Source: Carcharhinus longimanus (lineage: Eukaryota). From it: a stretch of DNA of 64,000 bases. Shown here piece after piece: positions 1-13,699 of the stretch. The stretch covers positions 10,742,249 to 10,806,248 of the forward strand of contig JASCQW010000119.1 in NCBI GenBank assembly GCA_030264375.1, given 5' to 3'. Each line of letters begins with the position of its first letter. Position 1 is the first letter of the stretch. The position numbers and the translations under genes were made by a program. Under the pieces are notes generated by a model. The model ran no database searches. It had not been told where the DNA came from and was given only the letters and a program-made list of their open reading frames with translations.

Positions 1-1400
1 CAAACTCTCCTCATGACCAACGCCCTTGAAAGCACGCAACATCCTGGGTGATCCTTTGTTGCACTCTCATCAAACCTTCCACGTGCTTCTGGTAGGATGG
101 AGAACAGAAACGAGTAAAATACAACAAATGCGGTCTAAACACAGTTCGAAATGGCCGCAACATCATTTGCCAACCCTTGTACTCAAAGCCCCAGTCGATG
201 AAGGAATTCATGTCACATGTCACATCAACTTGGCCACATGTGTTGACACTATTAGGAAACTGTGGATATGCACGCTAAGATTCCTCTGCATTTTAGCATT
301 CTAAGTATTGACATGAAAATATAGAAGCATGGATAATAAAAGCAGAAAGAGGCAATTCGGCCCTTCGAGTCCACTCCGCCTTTTACCACTTCCATGTTTG
401 ATCGTCCAACTGAATAGCCTAATCCTGCTTTCTGTCATTTGCAGTGTAATTCACACCTAAATTTGATCCTCTGAATTGCATTACCTCGCACTTGGCCAGA
501 TTAAACTGCATCTGTCATTTCTGTGCTGAATTCTAAAATCTATCTGCATCCTATTTTATCCTCTGACAATCAGTGGCATTTCGATGAATTCCAGCAATCT
601 TTGTGTCATTCACAAACTTACCAATAATACTACTCATATTTTTCTGTAGATAATTTATATATGCTACAAGCAACAAAAGCCCAACCAGTGATCCCTGCAG
701 AACACCATTAGCTACAGATCTCCATTCCGAAAATAAACCTTCCGCTTCTCTTCTCTGTTTTCTATGACCAAGCTAGTTCTGTGTACATCTTGGAAGCCCA
801 TCACGAATTTCATGTCTTCTGTGTCAGTCTGCCAAATGGGACCCTGTCAATCACTTACTAAAGTACATATAAACTACAACCACACCATAACTCTGCCCCC
901 TCTTCAAAACGAAAATGGCCTTCCCCGTGCAAAATCATGCTGCCTGTCACTAACTAGTCAATTTTTTTTCCAAATGTGCATATGTTTTGTCCATCAGAAT
1001 CTTCTCCGAATAGTTCACTACTATTGATGTCATTCTCACCGACCCACAATATCCTGCGTACCCCTTCTTCCAATCTGAAACGGAGAAATAGAATTGGCTA
1101 TTTGCCCATCCTCTGGAACTCCGCCTATTGTCAAGAATGATGTGAATTCATCTGTTAAGTCTCCAAATATTTCTTCCCTTGGCTCCTGCAGTAACATGGA
1201 ATCGATCCCATCCGGACACATGGAGTTATCTACTCCATTGCAATTTAAGATATCCAAAATTCCTCTGTCGAGAGACTGACCTTCTCAAGACTTTTCACAT
1301 ATTTATCCATCACATCAACATTCGCCATTCTCTTGTCCTTGGTGAATACCCATTCAAAGCAGTCATTAAGAATTTTACCCATTTCAAATCATCGTCCTAG
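1..1400 (-). mobile_element. CR1 LINE ORF2 (RT) fragment, decayed, with a short CR1 3' tail inserted at ~318-435
   Basis: Minus-strand translations FRTVFRPHLLYFTRFCSPSYQKHVEGLMRVQQRIT (11-223) and VDNSMCPDGIDSMLLQEPREEIFGDLTDEFTSFLTIGGVPEDGQIANS (1036-1257) match CR1 ORF2 motifs (LVRPHLEYCVQFWSP; KSPGPDGI..GEVPEDWRIANV). Confidence 0.9.
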
Positions 1401-1499
1401 AGTGGTCTTGGTATTCATATTGCTAACCCTTTGCTCCTAATGTATCCTGTTTGCCCTGAGGCACAGGTTTTGGCTGTACAGGATAATGCCAGAGAAAAG

Positions 1500-2910
1500 C
1501 GGTCCCATAAGTTAGCAATTTTCTCAGCCCATCTTCACAGCATCAGTATTCGTACGCGTTAGTCAATATAATTAGCGCGCGTTGATTGCATTTCCGCGGG
1601 CAAGCTCCCCGCTGGCACTCTCTCAACCGTTACAGCTTTTGCTGCATTTGCGCATATTGTGCCAGCAGAAACAGAGCTGCAGCGATGGAAGATTAGGTTT
1701 GGAGACAGACCTCTGCCCTACAAACGGCGACAGGAACTCTAGAAAATTACTTTTCTATTCACATCGTCACGCAGCCTGTTGCCTAAACTCACCGACCTGT
1801 CAACCAATCTCCAAAATTATCCACAGCTACATTCACAAACATAGACCCCACATTTAATCTGCCCAGTTGTCAAAAAAGGATAAGGAATGCTAAATCTCGG
1901 TGGAACCTAGCTATGTGGAGGCAGATGAATCTTGTATCATCTGTTCATAGATACACACTACAATAAGAGAAACACGCCTGTCAATCAGAGTGTATCGAGG
2001 AGATTCTGCTTGAGATGTTGAACGTACCTTATCTCATTAACTGAATGCTATTTCAATTGCCTTCATCATAGTGGCATTACTGACGTTTCAGACCCATGGA
2101 TTTTCATTTCCTTTATAATCTGTTTTATTATTCTTGCATTCAGCAGTTTGAAGCATTAGCTTTGTTTCCTCAAAATAATGATACCTAGTGTTATCTATAA
2201 TTGACACCTTGGAATTTAGATCCTTTGTCGTAAATCTAATCATGTTGTTTTATGTCAACTCCGTGAGTTTAAACCATAGTAAGGTGTGGTTTATTTAACA
2301 ATGATGTCTTCAAACAAACAGTGATTTGCACATCATTTTCAGATAAATTACTGCAAGAAAAAAATATAGGTATTCCTTTTAAATTAAATTATATATTCAA
2401 AAGTTGTTCTCAAAATTGCTGTTAAAGATGTTGATTCCGATTTAGTTATTTCTTAATGTGTCTTTGAGACGTGATGTAGCCCTAATGGCTGTTGGAAGTG
2501 TTGCATTGACCGAGGGGCATTTTTTGCACGACATGATACGTCAATGTTCCATCTTCACACTGAAAAAGCAAAACATCAAGTTGCAAAAATTTGCGGAAGT
2601 TACGGGCACATTGCATCTCTGCTTTTTACGCCCAACTTGTGAAATTTGGCTGAATATTTGCCGCAACGCAAATGAAAATACACTTTGGAACATTTAATGG
2701 CTTTAACATATGCAGCGATAAACTGATTGACACCACGTGTTGGTCCACTTGCGCTTTGCCGATTAATATCTATGAACGACGTCATGTTTTACCTCGCTTT
2801 AGAGTGAAAGAGCTGGACTGCAATTGATTTACCTGCAACTTGACTTTCTATGCGGTTAAGCATCAACAACATTGACGTCATGATCGGAATGTGAAATGAA
2901 ACATAAGTAA
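1500..2910 (+). pseudogene. Possible decayed LRR (TLR-like) ectodomain fragment
   Basis: Frameshifted LRR-like peptides LSQPLQLLLHLRIL, LPKLTDLSTN, LNLGGT, IHFGTFNGF, and an LRRCT-like ELDCN*FTCNLTFY near 2810-2850. Many stops. Confidence 0.3.
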
Positions 2911-3089
2911 GATCAGATATATTCCCTTATTATGGCGTCATGGACTTTTTTTTGTTTGCCAATATCCAACACTTTTTTTTAATGTTGTTACCCAATGGCT
3001 GTTTTTTCGACGTGTTTGTAAACTGATATTTTTTCTTTGAAAGCCAATGGCAGAAACTAAACTGAAGTTGGAGATATATTTGTTGATCG

Positions 3090-3265
3090 CACTAAGAACA
3101 AAAGAGTAAAGAACAGGAACAGGTCCCGAGGCACTCCAAGCCTGGGCCGGTCATTATGCCTGCCCAAACGAAAACTCTATGCACTTGCGGATTCCGTATC
3201 CTTCCATTTCCATCTTTTCCATGTGTTTACCCAGATGCCTCATAAATCCCGCTATCGTATATGCA
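3090..3265 (-). mobile_element. CR1 3' end fragment
   Basis: AAGAACAAAAGAGTAAAGAAC tail followed by the reverse complement of the CR1 3' UTR/ORF2 end seen elsewhere in the window (e.g. 6370-6600). Confidence 0.7.
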
Positions 3266-3899
3266 GTAGCTATTTAATTAGAATAACACCAATATCACTG
3301 CTGAGATTTTGTTTTTGTATAGGCGACAGGCTTTCTTCACCGGAGAGATCATATAACCGATCTTTGACTTGCTTGCTTAATGCACGAATCCCTGTTGCCC
3401 ATTTTCGTGAAAAAAAAATCTACACATACTGTGTTGGAACATGTTCACATGAATAACTCACAAAGGAAAGCAGCAGCAGTAAAATTCCTTGCACTACGTT
3501 TGATTTTTCTGGGGATGGGAGGAGAATGCTGCTTTAGAATCATTTTTTACATGTGATTCGATAATAAGGTGAATAAATATTTCTTTGTCAAACAAGAGGA
3601 CTCGTAGATTTCAAGGTTACTTCATTAGGTTGAGGGCGATTGCATGACATTCTGAAGTAGAAGGGTGAACGATATTGGCAGTGTTGCACGTCTGTGTCAA
3701 TGAAATCGGGTGGGGGGGTGGGGATGAGTGCCAAAGACAGAAAAAAAAATCGCTCTCGAAGAGTTTTGTCAATTGGGACCTCAATAGTAGTCATTTCGGG
3801 ATTACTAACAGTTTCATCTGTTACTGAGTGCAAAAATAATAGAATATTTCAAATGAATACGTGGCTGAATTTATGGTGCGAGGGAGGGAAGGTGTTTTG

Positions 3900-6370
3900 G
3901 TAAAGGGAGAGGACGTAATTCGGATTCTTAAGGCTTTGGGACAGATTCAGAGGCGGATGGAACAAATGGAAACCATACGTGAATAGGGCAGGGGCTGACG
4001 TCTTAAGGGTTGTGTTTTGCAAAAAGTTGTTGCAGAGGATTTAACTTAAATGGGAGGAGCATTAGAGAATATGCAAGATTTCGGGCTGGGTGGGGATGCG
4101 CTGGGAGGTGATTAAGTACGTGACTCATATACAGAAGGACGAATAAGATAGTCAGAGAAACAAAGTGCCAGATTTAACTGGGATCCCAGTGGAAAATACA
4201 CTGAACACGAACAGTAATGTTAACATTTTGAGACGAAATTCTTTTTGTCCAAACACACGGGGAAATAACAAAAGACAAATATGAAGTCCGAAAAACAGCA
4301 TATTAGGAGTTACAAAGAAAGTTGGAATTGATTTGTAATATATCTTTAAATTAATCGTCCAGTTAAGTCAACGGATATGATGTGGTGATTTTGACAATTA
4401 CCTTAAATGCAAAATTAGACATGCATGCGATTAATGCCCGTCTCCAAATATGATTAATTGTAATCAGCATATAGACTAGGAAAATGAAATCAGTTAAAGG
4501 ACCGTTGAGGAAGAATTCGTGAAGAATTCCAACTAGACAGTCTGCAATCATGAAGGAACTATTGGCAACCTCATTGCTTGACACTGCCCTTGGGGATGAA
4601 TGTCAATAACATGATTCAATCGTTCTTCGAGCTGAAGAGTTACTTAACTGGTACTGAGACCCGGGTCCCGAATCTAAACAAAATGCTCTATGATGCCATA
4701 AGGCATGAGCTAGCAATAATAGATGAGCAAACTTAGCTTGAAGGGTTGACGTTTATGGAAAATGGCAGGCGTTGTAGGAATGCATGGACGAAGTCCAAAT
4801 ATCATTTCTTCGTGTTTGACACAAAAGTCAAATAGGAACGGTGGCCAAACCATGGATTACAGGGAAAATTGGAAATATTATGAGATCCAAGTGAGAGGCA
4901 TAGAACTTGGCCAGGTAAAGCAACAGATTTTAAGATTAACAGGAGTTTAGAATTCGGAAAATAAGAACCCAGGAACTGCTCAAGAAGGGAAAATGGAATA
5001 TGAGAGGAAGCCCATGGGGAATTGAAAAAGCAAAGACTGAAAATTGATATGCAGTTATATGACGATAAACAATTACTGAAGTTAAATGTAGGTCCCTTAC
5101 ATTCAGGAATAAGGAGCAACAAAATTCCTGACCATCTGACAACATGCCATCTTCACAAAGTTGGAAGAAAATGTAAGCACAATTTTTTTTTTTAAATTAC
5201 AAGTATACAAAGAGGAAGAGCATAACGAAAGTAAATGTTGGCCATTTTGAGGGGGATACTAGTGAAGTGTTAAAGGGAAACAAAGAGACGGCAGCTGTAC
5301 GAAAACAACATTTTACTTCTATGCCCACGGAAGAAGATATAACAATTTTCCAATAGCAAACTATCGTTAATTTAGAGCAACTTGATGGAATTAGCATCAG
5401 TAGTGAGAGGGTATTGAACATACTAATGATATGAAAGGCAGATAAGAATCTTGGAATTTACGACCTGCACCCGAGAGTATTAAAGGAGTTCGCAGCAGTG
5501 GCGATGCAGGCAATGGTTGTGAGAGTACAAAATTCCTTGGACACTGATAAGGTTCCCGTGGAATGGAACAGACAAATCTAAAACCACTACTCAAAAAGTG
5601 AGTGGGGTTAAAAGTAGGTAACTATAGGGCAGTTAGCTTGAAATTTCTGGCCGGCACGTTGCTGGAATCTATGATTAAGGAGGAGGTGAATAAACATTTG
5701 GAAAAACAAAGCACAACCACAATTGCTGAGCATGATCTTATGTAGGGAAAAATGCCTGACAAGCGTTCTTGAGTTATTTGGTGACGTTGCCATCGAGGTG
5801 GATAGTCAACTGCCTATGGATGCCGTAAAACTAGGCTTCCAGAAGGCGTTTGCTAAAGTGCCACGTAGAAGACTAATTCAGGAGTTGAGATCGCAGAGAA
5901 TTGGGGTGAAGTGTCAAATTGGATTGAGGATTGGCTGACTGACAAAAATCCGAACATCAGGATAAAGTGGCATTTCCCTGTCTGGTGAAATGTAAAGAGC
6001 TAATGTGATAAGTATGAGAATATCATCTTTTACAGAAAAAAAACTAATTCAAAGACAAATTATTACCTAAATGGTAAGCATATTCAAAATGAGGCACGCA
6101 GGGGGATCAGGGTGCCTTTCTCCATGAATCACACGCGTCAGTGTGCACATGCAGAATATACTTTTTAAAGGCAAATAATATGTTGGCATTTGCTACAAAA
6201 GGACTGGAGTATAAAGAATTGAGCTGTTGTTGTATTTGTCTAGGGTGTTGCTGAGATCAGATCTGATGTATTGTGTTCACTTTTGATCTCGTTACTTGAG
6301 GGGGTTGTGCTGACATTGGAGAACGTTCAGAGTGGTTCAACAGAATAGTTCAGGATGAAGGCGTTAAATC
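3900..6370 (+). mobile_element. Long decayed CR1 LINE (end of ORF1, endonuclease, RT)
   Basis: ORF 5723-5938 KCLTSVLELFGDVAIEVDSQLPMDAVKLGFQKAFAKVPRRRLI matches CR1 SCLTNLLEFFE..VDVVYLDFQKAFDKVPH. NYRAVSL-type motif at ~5620. The probable 3' tail resumes at 7575-7710. Confidence 0.85.
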
Positions 6371-7565
6371 GAAGAACAAAGAACAAAAAAAAGGAACAGG
6401 CCTTTCCGCCCTCTCAACCTGCGCCGACCATGCTGCCCGACTGTACTAAAAATCCCCACCCTTCCGGGGACCATATCTCTCCATTCCCATCCTATTCATG
6501 CATTTGTCCAGAAACCCTTTTGAAGTCACAATCATATCTGCTTCCATTACGCCCCACGGTAGCGAGTTCCATACACCCGCCAACCTCTGTCGAAAAAAAA
6601 CAGGAAGAAGTCCCACAGCACTAGGTTATAGTCCAACAGGTTTATTTGGTAGCGCAAACCACAAGCTTTCAGGGCACTGTGAAGGGGCAGTGCTCCGAAA
6701 GTTGTGGTTTGTGCTACCGCATGAACTGTTGGACTTTAACCTGGTGATGTCAGACTTCTTACTGTGCTTACCCCAGTCCAACGCCTGCCCCCACCACCCC
6801 CCCCCCCCACGCCCCCACATCACAAATACAAACGCATGTCTCGTACATCTCTTATAAATCTTATCGTACCAGCAGCAGTTTAGGGAGTTAATAGTAAGTT
6901 TTAAAAAAAACAGGATCTCTCACTACCCAGTCTTTTTACCTGGCACTTTAGCGCCTTAAACGTATGCCCCATAGTAATTGGCACTTCTACAACTGGGAAA
7001 AGGCTTCTGACTAACCATTCTGTCCATGCCACTGATAACCCTATACACTTCCATCTGGTCACCGTCAATCTCAGTCGTTACAGTGAGGCCAAACCAAGTT
7101 TCTCCCAATTCTCCTTATAGCTCATACCGTGCATACCAGGTAACGTCCTGCTAAATCTTTTCTCTACTCTCTCTAGGCCACATCCTTCTGGGAGTGTGGA
7201 GACTAGAATTGTTCACTACATTGCAAGTGTGGCCCAACTACTTTTCTATAAAGCTGCAACACGACTTGCCATTAAAAAAAACTCGAAGTCTTAGCCGTTG
7301 AAGGCTTGCATGCCAAACACCTTCTCAGCCAAATTTCCCACCTTTGTTGCCACTTTCAGTGACCTGAGTGTACACTCAGATCGATCTGCCTGCCAATACT
7401 CTTAAGACTTCTGTCATTTACTCTTTATTAGATCTTCCAAAATGCATAACCTCAAATTTATCCGGATAAAACTCCACCTGACATTTCTCTGCCCAAGTAT
7501 CCAACCGATATACATCTGGCTGTATCCTCTGCCATTCCTCATCACTATCTGCAAGTTTGCCAACC
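6371..7565 (-). mobile_element. CR1 LINE 3' portion nested in the preceding CR1, itself interrupted by a Penelope-derived element
   Basis: GAACAAAGAACAAA tail at 6371. Minus ORF KVGKLADSDEEWQRIQPDVYRLDTWAEKCQVEFYPDKFEVMHFGRSN (7418-7639) is typical CR1 RT C-terminal sequence. Confidence 0.88.
6601..6825. mobile_element. Penelope-terminus-derived fold-back (palindromic) element
   Basis: 6605-6679 is an imperfect reverse complement of 6688-6760. Both arms match the terminal sequence of the Penelope-like element at 42955-43390. Confidence 0.8.
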
Positions 7566-7574
7566 TTGAAAAAC

Positions 7575-7712
7575 TTGAGGTGAAAAGGATCAAAGGATAT
7601 TGGGGAAGATGGGATTGAGCTATTGCGTGGGAGCATCATCCATGATCATATAGAACTGCGGAGAAGTTTAGAATGGCTGAAGGTACTGCATTTGTTCTAT
7701 GTTCTATATGCC
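7575..7712 (+). mobile_element. CR1 3' UTR/tail
   Basis: GGATCAAAGGATATTGGGG...CATGATCATATAGAA...GTTCTATGTTCTATATG, the CR1 3' end with its short tandem tail. Confidence 0.7.
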
Positions 7713-7869
7713 TCAGTCTCAATTTTGGTTTTTGGCGTGCATTGTCCCTGGGCATTGCAGCGTGACTGAGCTAACTCCAATGGCTTCTTGTAAAACGTGT
7801 GTTCTGCAGCCCGAATAATAATCTTCTAATTCAGAAAATAATTCTGTCCCTGACTGCAATACATGACTT

Positions 7870-9170
7870 TTAAATCACACAAACACAGGAAATGTTGAAA
7901 AATATTCGCAAGTCTGAATACATTTGTAAAGAGAGAATACGGCCAAAGATTCAGGTCGGTCTGAACTGAGTGGGAGATGAATCCAAAGAAATTTGGATAA
8001 GATTTGTGTTATGAAAGTCAGGAGAGTGGCACGGGTGGTAACAGTTGACAGGAATAACATCGAGAGAAAAAAAGGCCAAGAGAATGCAAATGGTGAGGAT
8101 AACGATAGAATATTTCTAAGAGTGTCCATTAAATAACGGATGATACAAATGGCAGAACAAATGAGCGAAGTGCAGGGATATATGTGCAAGTGATAGAGGG
8201 CTGGAAAACGAAGGCTGTGAAGCAAGGTGGTAAACTTTAGAAGTGGAAGAACAAAAATAAGAATATAAAGCAATCTAATTTTGGAATGACAAGAAAAAGA
8301 AGATATCAAGCACAATAGCGCGCACAGCTGTGAAGTGCCTAATCGGAAGCCGTACCACTGTTTGTTCAGTTTACCTTAGACTTCAAAGCAACTTTGCAAA
8401 ATGCCAAGGATAGACATCTGGGCAGGAAAGTACCGTGTGTTGTTGACATATCAAGCAACAGGAAGGCCTCCATCCGGCTTGTGAATGGAGCAATGTGTAC
8501 TGCAAAGCGATCATTCACTTTCCGTTTAGCTTCATTGATGTAGGAGCAGCGAATGCAATAGGCTAGATTAAAAGATGTATGCGCGAAGTGCAGCTTCACG
8601 GCAAAATACTTTTCGGGCCCTGGGATTGTGAGCAGGGAGGAGATGAAAATGTAGGTGATGCATTTATAACAATAGAATGACAAGGTGTTAGTGGTGATGG
8701 GTAAAATGTTCGGTGAGATGGGGGAAGGCGCCATGACATCTCAGAGGAACTGGACCCAACAGAGAATGGACAAGATTGGTGAGGAGATAAGAGGAACATA
8801 TGTTGTGTGGTATCTTCATGTTCGAACTCCCGGAAATTACGGAGAATGATCACTTGAACTTGGAGGAGAAAAGCATGGAGAATACAGACTATTTCTGTTT
8901 CTAGAAGGGAGTGGAGCAGTGTGAGCAGCAAATCGGGTGATGGATCGTTCACGGCTGAGAACTCTGACAACCACAGTGGGTGAAGAAACATGATTTTGGA
9001 ATAATAAGTTAATGCCACCAGCTTTTTTTTAATGTTCAATCATCAGGTCAGATATGACAGAAGCAAAGGAAGTGAGAAAATGAGATGGAATTCTTACACA
9101 ATGTAACGTGTAAGCAGCTGTAGACAGATGAAATGTGGGAGTCTCTGAGCTTGCTGTTCTCCACAGAACA
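7870..9170 (-). mobile_element. Penelope-like element, RT C-terminus/linker and GIY-YIG endonuclease, decayed
   Basis: TIPGPEKYFAVKLHFAHTSFNLAYCIRCSYINEAKRKVNDRFAVH (8366-8734) matches the Penelope GIY-YIG region (FTCTSSNLVYCIRC..YIGETKRRLGDRFAEH). QVIILRNFREFEHEDTTQHMF matches the linker. Confidence 0.85.
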
Positions 9171-9199
9171 AGAATGTGATTGTTTTGCAGTGGTACCGA

Positions 9200-9672
9200 A
9201 CTGGTTAAACAGGATGTTGCCTGCTCTGGAGCATATTAGCTCTGAAGAGAGGTTGGGTAACTTGGTCTGTTCTTACTGGAATGACCTAGGTTGAGGGGTG
9301 ACCTGACAGATAATTACAAAGATTATGAGTTGCATGGACAAAGTTGACAGTCAGATTTTTTTTTTTCTTGGATAGAAGAGTCAAGTACGAGGAGACATAG
9401 GATTAAGTTGTGTGGGGGAAACTTTAGAGGAGATGGGAAAGGCAAAGTTTTTGATACAAAGGTGGTGAATGTCTGAAACGACCTGCTCGAGGTGGTGGAG
9501 CAGGTGCAATACCTTCATTTCAGGGGCAGCTAGACAAAAAAAAATGATAGGTTGGAAATGGAAGGATGGAGACTCCGTAAGAGCATGCAGTTTTAGTATA
9601 GGCAGATATCGTGATCTGCATTGCCTTGGAAGGCCGAGGCGTCTGGCCCTGTGCTGTGCTTTTCTTTGTCAT
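9200..9672 (+). mobile_element. CR1 3' fragment
   Basis: RMLPALEHISSEERLGNLV..RLRGDL motif followed by CR1 3' UTR ending CTGTGCTGTGCTTTTCTTTGT. Confidence 0.85.
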
Positions 9673-9739
9673 GGATGCTGGTGTGCAGTCCATTACTAGA
9701 AGTAGAGAAGCAAAGGTCAAGGGAAGGAACTAAAGATTC

Positions 9740-10260
9740 AGTGATGAAACATCTGAAGGTGATATTCCGTGGCAACCTTTTTGAAACTTATTCAGAAGAG
9801 CATATGATGTAAAGACGCCATAGATGTAAACAGATATCTCAAAATTGAAGCAGGACTATGCAAAGGATGAGGATCCAGATTTGTTGCGATTCTCCTGAAG
9901 ATTCCCTTACCCTCGGTGAAAAGGCGATCTTTCATGATTAACTTCCTCCAAACACGATTTGAACCAACACAAAAATCATGGGATCAGCATTTTGCTTTCA
10001 TTGTAAGTGGACTTCAGTCTCTTTGATCTGGTGGATTTGCCCTCCAAGGAATAAGCTTGATGGAAAAATGGTGAAAGCCATTCAACGCATTTTCATGCTT
10101 AGTTTATTGTTTTTGTAACCCTCACCAATACAACATCAGAAAGCCATCCAGCTAACCCCACTAACCAACGCCAAATATGGTTATTTTAGATTGTGAATGG
10201 TTTCCATGAGGAGTACTACAAGGAAAATAACACCTCATTAGCTATGCAAATGTATGGATA
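9740..10260 (+). pseudogene. Possible decayed TLR-like LRRCT-TM-TIR-start fragment
   Basis: HLKVIFRGNLF, CCDSPEDSL, KLDG(K)W and LISYANVWI appear in the order expected for last LRR, LRRCT, juxtamembrane and TIR box 1. Very degenerate. Confidence 0.25.
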
Positions 10261-12576
10261 AATTGTGTCATATCACAAATCTGTTGCAACTGTATATTGC
10301 CAAATGTTCAATTGTTCTGAGTATAGATAGATAGATAGACCACAATTTCAAAGAATGATGTGTTTACGTCTAAAAGAAAGATCCTGGCTAAAGTCAAATA
10401 TGGTTTTATTCAGTATTTTCCAAATACTAAGGACTAAACCATATTTTCGAACTAAATTTATGAATTGATTTACTCAACACAACGCGGTGTCCCCAAACCC
10501 CAATGCGAGGTTGGAGATGCAGGAAATTTATATTGGTAGTTTCAGATAATTGGCGATGTCTTCACGAACTTCACATTTTCCACGAGCATTTAAACAGGCA
10601 ATACGTAACTCAAATGTAATCTGAACGAGGATAGGGCTCTAATACATGGCATCTATTGCATTGTCCATTTTTGAAAACACTACCTACCGCTTCCAAAAAT
10701 GCAGCGATAATTGCAACACCAAAACAATGTGTCACAAGGCAAAGCTTTAAAATAGTTGACAGATGAATGCAAGTCATCATGTTATTTTATTAACAGCTGC
10801 TGTAGTAACAACCAGTTACGGAAATATATCTTCCAAGCTTACCTGGGCTGGCCTACGTTTCACTCCAAACTGACACCAATGCTTTTAACTCTTCGATGCC
10901 CTGCCAGTTGACCAATCAGTCCAAGGGCATCTTGCCAGCGGCATTCATGTCACATGAAATAATACAACAACTAATAACAACTTTCAATACAGGAATAGGT
11001 TAACATGGCAAAAATGTCTCCAGGAGCACCTCAGGTTCTGTTCCAATTCAGTTACAAAACATCTTGACACGTACCAACAGAGACTAGTACCGTGCAGGCG
11101 GAGATATGTATGTGATTAATTAGCACAGCATGAAGGTTTGTTTTCAGCTGCAGACAAGAATAGAATTGGTCTATCCTGCAATCAATAGGAGAGGAAATTA
11201 CATGAGAACTCCTATCCAAATGTACCGTCAGGTCCGTGAGCATATTGAACGGCACAAGAGTTATGTGTTTGTAGCATATGCATTTAGGATTGCCGAGTGA
11301 GCTGTCCACTTTGAACTTTTATTGGGAGTCACCAACACAATAGTTATTACTGCTAATTGCAATATATACATCGCCGTCAACAAATGTCTTGCCCATCGAC
11401 GCAAGTAGGCAATCTGTCATTAAATCTTGTTGGTTGACTAGTTACAAAGTATGAACTAGCAACAAATTAAACATTTATTCGAGCCAGGTTCCAACCACCC
11501 CATTCAGAAATTCGCACGAATTGCCTCAATGTAGGCAACAATCTGGCTACTTACGACCCCCTGAGAAACTTGAAGGAATGCAGTGATTACAATGCACATA
11601 GGTGACACTCACTCACCAGGATGCCAGTTGCTGGCAGGCAGTCCATCTTCCACATGTCCCACGCAGCCTGACCACACTTCAGGAATTGAATCCATGATGG
11701 ACAGAAGGGCTGAGTTGCAGCCCAAAGATGAAAATGCTTGCTTCTGAAAGTACAGATATGTTTTATACCTTCTGGTATTAAGACATTTTTGTAAGTTTTA
11801 GGTCAATGACAACTGTGCACATTATCCAACAAGCCAAATGCATGCATGGTGTAAAGTAAAATTATTGATGGTAACCAAGCATATTGATTGGCCTCAGGAC
11901 TTAGTATCATTCCAGTAATGATGGCCTATCTACAAGAACAGCAGAAGTGATGATGCTTACAGTTAACTAAAGGTTGTTCCATTCCACCACCGAAAGCGAA
12001 TCAATCCCTGATAGCACATAAAGAAAGTTTTGGCAATGTTAAATCTCAGACTAATGCATGACACGTGACATGTAGATGAAACTCAGTATCATTGACTCTG
12101 ACAAGTGGGAATGTTGCCATCACGTCCGTCAATATCAGCAGCATCATAAGCATCATCATTAATGTCCTAATCGACCTCATGTGAATTTGCAATCAGTTGC
12201 TTATACAATTAAAGTACAACTGTATTCAGCAAAAAAAACCCAACACACTCAGTGATTGATATGCTTCTTTCATCACTTGGCTCCATCCCCAGTTTTTCTC
12301 TGGCGCTTTTTGCCTTGATTCAGTACACATCAAGAATCTGAGGATCATAACCACCATCATAGAACGAAAATGTTATGTGGCAGTTTTACCGAACGGCAGC
12401 AGCTTACCAAACATAAAAATATAGAGGTCAGAAATTGCGAATTCAGATGCCTCTGAGAGAACAGACGCGTCAACGATACCCTGGGACAATCATAGTTGAT
12501 CGGTGGTTCCTGCCCTGAACGTGTAATTTGATTGGAAATATACAGATGCATTTAGTTATATTTATTTGTATTTCAG

Positions 12577-13560
12577 AACTGGACAATTTGAGACAAGCTC
12601 TGCAACAAACAGGTGTGCAATCTTACTTCAGTAATACCTTTCCACGTCTCTTGGGTGTTATTGACTCTACTCAGTCATAGCAGGTATGGTGCCGTAACTT
12701 ATTGTTGCGTATATTTGTCGGTGATGGGAGGTTGATAATGGGAATGGCCGACTATTTGGCAGTTTTTTGTTAATGTTAGCAAATTTTCATCATGCCAGCG
12801 GCGATTCAATGCTTAAAAAGGACTCACGTTTGATTCAAACCCGTTGTGGTTCATAATGGACATCCGAATTTGAATTTGCAGTTTGTCATATACCTCATGA
12901 CTGCAACATTCCGAATAAGTCAACCTTCACAAGGAAAAATAAGATTCCCGTAACAGAGCGACTTAACACACTAACGTCGGGAGCTCAATGATCAGTTGAA
13001 TTTATCGCACTGAACGCATGGATACTAAATTACCGTTCTGCATTATTGAAAGGAAAGCAGCAGCTGCATAAAACTGTTATTTTTTCTCTCCATTTCTCCT
13101 TGCACTTATTTAAGGTAATTCTGCAGCTTGAAGACAACAAAACGAATCCTTCAATGTTGGCTTTATATATAGATGTTTCTATTTTGTTCTATTTCCCATA
13201 AATTATGTCATTGATGCCGAAGGCTTTCGATAATCGCGACGTATTATTTGGACTATCGAGATGTCTAATCCTACTAAGGAATGTTCAAAGAAATACGTGT
13301 CTTACTACCGGTTTGTAAATTTTTAGTCGTTTTATTTTGTCCATGGACGTATTATTCCACGATAGCACCATAACGTTGCAGGCCGATGTTCTGTTCACTG
13401 TACCAATAGTTTATTTTCACAGAGCAAAAACTGCGCCAGTGTCAGCAAGGTAAACGAGGGCAATGGACTTTATCTTCTTATCTTCTATTCACATAATTGA
13501 ATACTTAACATCGTTACTTCTTGCTGTGACAATTAAAGCAACTTTATTAAACATATCTGC
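12577..13560 (+). pseudogene. Decayed TLR-like gene, N-terminal LRR part
   Basis: Follows the acceptor-like TTTGTATTTCAG (AG at 12575-76). Peptides CNLTSVIPFHVSWVLLTLLSHS (LRRNT/first LRR), LTFDSNPL, IMSLMPKAFDN and PTKGMFKEIRVL in shifting frames. Confidence 0.45.
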
Positions 13561-13699
13561 AGAATTTGATCAGAAATGTAAAGGTTTCGGTGAGTAATAT
13601 CAACGAATGTACTAGTGGAAAATGTTCATAATGGAAGAAGGAGGGGGTATGCTGCATTGAAATGTGTCGCTGGTAAAGCTACATTATGGCAGCCGTGGT

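Noticed and set aside
11400-12500. Possible DNA-transposon or coding remnant
   Set aside because: No motif I could support.
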